A stretch of 64,000 bases of DNA from assembly GCF_009914755.1 (NCBI RefSeq), contig NC_060933.1; one strand, 5' to 3'. Made by a program: the position numbers and the translations under genes. Position 1 is the stretch's first letter. Each line of letters opens with the position of its first letter. The notes beneath the pieces are model-generated. The model worked only from the letters and a program-made list of their open reading frames with translations. It made no database searches and was not told where the DNA came from. Source of the stretch: the human T2T-CHM13v2.0 reference genome, Homo sapiens. This document shows, one piece after another, positions 58,161 through 64,000 of this stretch.

Positions 58161-61100
58161 ATGCAATGGAATGGAATGGAATCAACGCGAGTGCCGGGAA
58201 ATGGAATGGAATGGAATGTAATGGAATGGAATCTTCCGGAATGGAATGGAATGGAATGGAATGGAATGAAAGGCAATGAATTAAACTCGATTGCAATGGA
58301 ATGGAATAGAATGGAATGGAATGGAATGGAATGGAATGGAATGGAATGGAATGGAATGCCTTCAAACCGAATGAAATGGAAAGGAATGGAATCAACACGA
58401 GTGGAAAGGAATGGAATGGAAAGGAATGGAATGGAATGGAATGGAATGGAATGGAATCGTTCCGAGTGGAATAGGAGGGAATGTATTCGAGTGGAATGGA
58501 AAGGAATGGAATCAACCAGAGTGGAATGGAAGGGAATGGAATGGAATGGAAACTAATAGAATGGAATCAACCCGAGTGGAATGGAATGGAAAGGACTGGA
58601 ATGGAATGAAATGGAATGGAATGGAATGGAATCAACTCGATTGTAATGGAATGGAACGGAATGGAATGGAATGGAATGGAATGGAATGGAATTAACCCGA
58701 ATACAATGGAATGGAATGGAATGGAACGGAATGGAGTGGAATGGAATGGAATCAACCCGAGTGCAGGGGAATGGAATGGAATGGAATGGAATGCAATGGA
58801 ATGGAATCATCCGGAATGGAATGGAATGGAATGGAATGAAAAGCAATGGAATCAACTCGATTGCAATGGAATGGAATGGAATGGAAAGGAATAGAATGGA
58901 ATCAACCCGAGTGGAATGGAATGGAAAGGACTGGAATGGAGTGGAATGGAATGGAATGGAATGGAATGGAATCAACTCGATTGGAATGGAATGGAATGGA
59001 ATGGAATGGAATGGAATGGAATGGAATTAACCCGAATAGAATGGAATGGAATGGAATGGAACGGAATGGAATGGAAAGGAATGGAATGGAATGGAATGGA
59101 ATGGAATCAACCAGACTGCAATGGAATGGAATGGAATGGAATGGAATCGAATGGAATGGAATGGAATTAACCGGAAAAGAATGGAATGGAATGGAACGGA
59201 ATGGAATAGAATGGAATGGAATGGAATCGAGTGGAATGGAATCAACCCGAGTGCAGGGGAATGGAATGGAATGGAATGCAATGGAATGGAATCATCCGGA
59301 ATGGCATGGAATGGAATGGAATGCAATCAACCTGATGCAATGGAATGGAGTGGAATGGAATGGAATGGAATGGAAACATCCCGCATGGAATGGAATGAAA
59401 TGGAGTGTAAGGGAATTGAGTAGAATCAATCCAAACGTAACGGAATGGAATGGAATGAAATGGAATGGAATGGAATGGAATGGAATCAACCCGAGTGCAA
59501 TGGAATGGATTCGAATGGAATGGAATGGAATGGAATGGATTCAACAAGAATGGAATGGAAAGGAATGGAATCAACCCGAGTGTAATGGCATGGAATGGAA
59601 CGGAATGGAATGGGATGGAATGGAATGGTACGGAATAGAATGGAATGGAATGAAATGGAATGGAATGGAATGGAATGGAATGGAATGGAATGGAATGGAA
59701 TGGAATGTACCCGTGTGCAATGGAATGGAATGGAATGGAATGGATTCAACTCGAATGGAATCCACTCGATTGCAATGGAATGGAATGGAATTGAAAGGAA
59801 TAGAATGGAATCATCCCGAGTGGAATGGAATGGAAAGGACTGGAATGGAGTGGAATGGAATGGAATGGAATTAACCCGAATAGAATGAAATGGAACGGAA
59901 TGGAATGGAATGTAATGGAATGGAATGGAATGGAATGAACCCGAGTGCAGGGGAATGGAATGGAATGGAATGCAATGGAATGGAATCATCCCGAATGGAA
60001 TGGAATGGAATGGAATGGAATGGAATCAACGCGAGTGGAGGGGAATAGAATGGAATGGAATGCAATGGAATGGAATCTTCCGGAATGGAATGGAATGGAA
60101 TGGAACGGAATGAAATGCAATGGATTCAACTCGATTGCAATGGAATGGAATAGAATGGAATGGAATGGAATGGAATGGAATTAACCCGAACAGAATGCAA
60201 TGGAACGGAATGGAAAGGAATGGAATGGAATGGAATGGAATGGAATGGTATGGAATGGAATGGAATAGTACGGAATAGAATGGAATGGAACGAATTGTAA
60301 TGGAATGGAATTGAATGGAATGGAATGGAATCAACGCGAGTGCAGGGGAATGTAATGGAACGGAATGCAATGGAATGGAATCATCCGGAATGGAATGGAA
60401 TGGAATGGAATGGAATGGAATGGAATGGAATCAACCCGAATGCAATGGAATGGAGTGGAATGGAATGGAATGGAATGGAACAACCCGAATGGAATGGAAT
60501 GTAATGGAGAGTAAGGGAGTTGAATAGAATCAATCCGAATGTAATGGAATGGAATGCAACGGAATGGAATGGAATGGAATGGAATGGAATGCAATGGAAT
60601 GGAATCAACCCGAGTACAATGGAATGCAATGGAATGGAATGGAATGGAATGGAATCATCCGGAATGGAATGGAATGGAATGGAATGGAATGGAATGGAAT
60701 GGAATCAACTCGATTTCAATGGAATGGAATGGAATAGAATGGAATGGAATTAACACGAAAGAATGGAATAAAATGGAATGGAATGGAATGGAAAAGAAAG
60801 GAATGTAATGGAAAGGAATGGAATCAACCCAAGTGCAGGGGAATGGAATGCAATGGAATTCAATGGAATGGAATCATCCGGAATGGAATGGAATGGAATG
60901 GAATGGAATGGAATGGAATGGAATCAACCCGAGTGCAATGGAATGGAGAGGAATGGAATGGAATGGAATGGAAACTACACGAATGGAATGGAATGTAATG
61001 GAGTGTAAGGGAATTGAATAGAATGAATCCGAATGGAATGGAATGGAAAGTAATGGAAAGGAATGGAATGGAATGGAATGGAATGGAATGGAATGCAAAG

Positions 61101-64000
61101 CCATGGAATCAACCCAAGTGCAATCGAATGGAATCGAATGGAATGGAATTCAATGGAATGGATTCAACTTGAATGGAATGGAAAGAATGGAATCAACACG
61201 AGTGGAATGGCATGGATTGGAATGGAATGGAATGGAATCAACTCGATTGCAATCGAATGGAATGGAATGGAATTAACCCGAATAGAATGGAATGGAATGG
61301 AATGGAATGGAACGGATCGGAATGGAATGGAATGGAATGGAATGGAATGGAATGGAATGGAAAGGAATCAACGTGAGTGCAGGGGAATGGAATGGAATGG
61401 AATGCAATGGAATGGAATCTTCCGGAATGGAATGGAATGGAATGGAATAGAATGGAATGGAATGGAATGGAATTGAATCAACCCGAGTACAGGGGAATGG
61501 AATGGAATGGAATGCAGTGGAATGGAATCATCCGTAATGGAATGGAAAGGAATGGAATGGAATGGAATGGAATGGAATGGAATGGAATGGAATGGAATCA
61601 ACTCGTTTGCAATCGAATGGAATGGAATGGAATTAACCCGAATAGAATGGAATGGAATGGAACGGAATGGAACGGAACGGAACGGAATGGAATGGAATGG
61701 AACGGAACGGAACGGAACGGAAAGGAATGGAATGGAATGCAATCAACGCGAGTGCAGGGGAATGGAATGGAATGGAATGCAATGGAATGGAATCTTCCGG
61801 AATGGAATGGAATGGAATGGAATGGAATGGAATGGAACGAAATTCAATGGATTCAACTCGATTGCAATGGAATGGAATAGAATGGAATGGAATGGAATGG
61901 AATGGAATTAACCAGAATAGAATGGAATGGAATGCAATGGAACAGAATGGAACGGAATGGAATGGAATGGAATGGAATGGAATGGAATGGTATGGAATGG
62001 AATGGAATGGTACGGAATAGAATGGAATGGAACGAATTGTAATGGAATGGAATTGAATGGAATGGAATTGAATCAACGCGAGTGCAGGGGAATGTAATGG
62101 AACGGAATGCAATGGAATGGAATGGAATGGAATGGAATGGAATGGAATGGAATCAACCCGAGTGCAATGGAATGGAGTGGAATGGAATGGAATGGAATGG
62201 AACAACAGGAATGGAATGGAATGTAATGGAGAGTAAGGGAGTTGAATAGAATCAATCCGAATGTAATGGAATGGAATGCAACGGAATGGAGTGGAATGGA
62301 ATGGAATCAACCGGAGTGCAGGGGAATGGAATGGAATGGAATGCAATGGAATGGAATCATCCGGAATGGAATGGAATGGAATGGAATGGAATGGAATGGA
62401 ATCAACACGAGTTCAATGGAATGGAGTGGAATGGAAAGGAATACATTGGAATCAACCCGAGTGGAATGGAATGGAAAGGACGGGAATGGAGTGGAATGGA
62501 ATGGAATGGAATGGAATGGAATCAACTCGATTGGAATAGAATGGAATGGAATGGAATGGAATGGAATGGAATTAACCCGAATAGAATGGAATGGAATGGA
62601 ATGGAACGGAATGGAATGGAATGGAATGGAATGGAATGGAATGGTATGGAATCAACCCGACTGCAGGGGAATGGAATGGAATGGAATGCAATGGAATGGA
62701 TTCAACTTGAATGGAAAGGAAAGAATGGAATCAACACGAGTGGAATGGCATGGATTGGAATGGAATGGAATGGAATCAACCGGAGTACAGGGGAATGGAA
62801 TGGAATGGAATGCAATGGAATGGAATCATCCGTAATGGAATGGAAAGGAATGGAATGGAATGGAATGGAATAGAATGGAATCAACTCGATTGCAATCGAA
62901 TGGAATTGAATGGAATTAACCCGAATAGAATGGAATGGAATGGAACGGAACGGAACGGAATGGAACGGAACGGAATGCAATGGAATGGAATGGAATGGAA
63001 TGGAATGGAACGGAAAGGAATGGAATGGAATGGAATGGAATGGAATGGAATGGAATGGAAAGGAATCAACGCGAGTGCAGGGGAATGGAATGGAATGGAA
63101 TGCAATGGAATGGAATCTTCCGGAATGGAATGGAATGGAATGGAATGGAATAAACCCGAGTGCAATGGAATGGAGTGGAATGGAATGGAATGGAATGGAA
63201 CAACCCGAATGGAATGGAATGTAATGGAGAGTAAGGGAGTTGAATAGAGTCAATCCGAATGTAATGGAATGGAAAGGAAAGGAATGGAATTGAATGGAAT
63301 GGAATGGAATGCAATGGAATGGAATCAACCCGAGTGCAATGGAATGGAGAGGAATGGAATGGAATGGAATGGAAACTACCCGAATGGAATGGAATGTAAT
63401 GGAGTGTAAGGGAATTGAATAGAATCAATCCGAATGTAATGGAATGGAATGGAACGGAATGGAATGGAATGGAATGGAATGGAATGGAATGCAATGGAAT
63501 GGAATCAACCCGAGTGCAATCGAATGGAATCGAATGGAATGGAATGCAATGGAATGGATTCAACTTGAATGGAATGGAAAGAATGGAATCAACACGAGTG
63601 GAAGGGCATGGATTGGAATGCAATGGAATGGAATCAACTCGAGTACAGGGGAATGGAATGGAATGGAATGCTATGGAATGGAATCATCCGTAATGGAATG
63701 GAAAGGAATGAAATGGAATGGAATGGAATGGAATGGATTGGAATGGAATGGAATCAACACGATTGCAATCGAATGGAATGGAATGGAATTAACCCGAATA
63801 GAATGGAATGGAATGGAATGGAACGGAACGGAATGGAATGGAATGGAATGGAATGGAATGGAATGGAATGGAATGGAATCAACGCGAGTGCAGGGGAATG
63901 GCATGGAATGGAATGCAATGGAATGGAATCTTCCGGAATGGAATGGAATGGAATGGAATGGAATGGAATGGAATGGAATGAAATGCGATGGATTCAACAC

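Larger units (their letters stand above)
1..64000 (+). repeat. Human Satellite III (HSat3)-type (GGAAT)n pericentromeric satellite array, G-rich strand on +; probably chr9q12 (HSat3B5-like)
   Basis: Continuous GGAAT pentamers over the whole window, with interspersed CAACCCGAGT/CAACTCGATT/TAACCCGAAT decamers. The CAACCCGA(G/A)T decamer is the hallmark of SatIII rather than SatII. No CATTC-oriented block was seen. The chromosome assignment is an inference from the pHuR98-like module. Confidence 0.97.
1..64000 (+). ncRNA. Potential template for stress-induced G-rich SatIII (HSATIII) lncRNA; no defined transcript boundaries
   Basis: Established: HSF1 drives GGAAU-rich SatIII transcripts from 9q12 in nuclear stress bodies. 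The + strand here has that sense and carries many HSEs. Transcription of this specific segment cannot be shown from sequence. Confidence 0.35.

Noticed and set aside
218-62666. PstI sites defining a regular higher-order repeat
   Set aside because: Spacings of the E-linked CTGCAG sites range from ~3.2 to ~10 kb, so they mark a module rather than a fixed period.
14-64000. Hundreds of ORFs encoding (MEWNG)n or (FHSIP)n, up to ~410 aa
   Set aside because: (GGAAT)n has no stop codon in any of the six frames and has an ATG every 5 bp on +, so overlapping ORFs are expected. There is no non-repetitive coding content. Poly-WNGME is known from SCA31 (TGGAA)n repeat translation, but nothing here shows translation.
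1-64000. CRISPR-like repeat/spacer look of CAACCCGAGT decamers separated by variable stretches
   Set aside because: The 'spacers' are themselves GGAAT repeats of variable length rather than unique sequence. The repeats are only ~10 bp and there are no cas genes.
1-64000. Strand inversion or embedded Alu/L1/other transposon
   Set aside because: No CATTC-oriented tract, poly(A) tail, target-site duplication or non-satellite sequence was seen anywhere.
1-64000. Assignment to HSat2, DYZ1 (Y) or D15Z1 (chr15)
   Set aside because: Long pure GGAAT runs with CAACCCGAGT argue against HSat2. No regular fixed ~3.6-kb or ~1.8-kb tandem unit is present, because module order is irregular. This was not formally excluded without k-mer classification.
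1-64000. A novel protein-coding or mobile biological system
   Set aside because: The sequence gives no support for one. Any novelty lies in the satellite's internal architecture and embedded motifs.

Overview
The whole 64-kb window is one uninterrupted, single-orientation tandem array of Human Satellite III-type DNA. It consists of (GGAAT)n on the + strand, punctuated every ~40-100 bp by CAACCCGAGT-family decamers. A recurring ~147-bp block (AATCAACCCGAGTGCAATCG...GGATTCAACTTGA...CAACACGAGT...GGCATGGATT...CAACCCGAGTACAGG) resembles, from memory, the chr9 SatIII clone pHuR98. That suggests the 9q12 HSat3 array, but this is unverified. I see no genes, transposons, RNA genes, CRISPR arrays or strand inversions, and the ORF track is an artefact of a stop-free pentamer. 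The informative signal is internal structure. (1) A small set of reusable modules is strung in a constrained order, with spacings clustering near ~0.86, ~1.7 and ~3.45 kb. (2) About 49 perfect canonical heat-shock elements (nGAAn-nTTCn-nGAAn) are created by a single CTTCC variant pentamer. (3) A 14-bp quasi-palindrome occurs in both 'perfected' forms. (4) There are recent 2.2-3.5 kb duplications, a ~35-kb-range lineage relationship and one diverged block near 59-61 kb. All counts and offsets were read by eye and are approximate.
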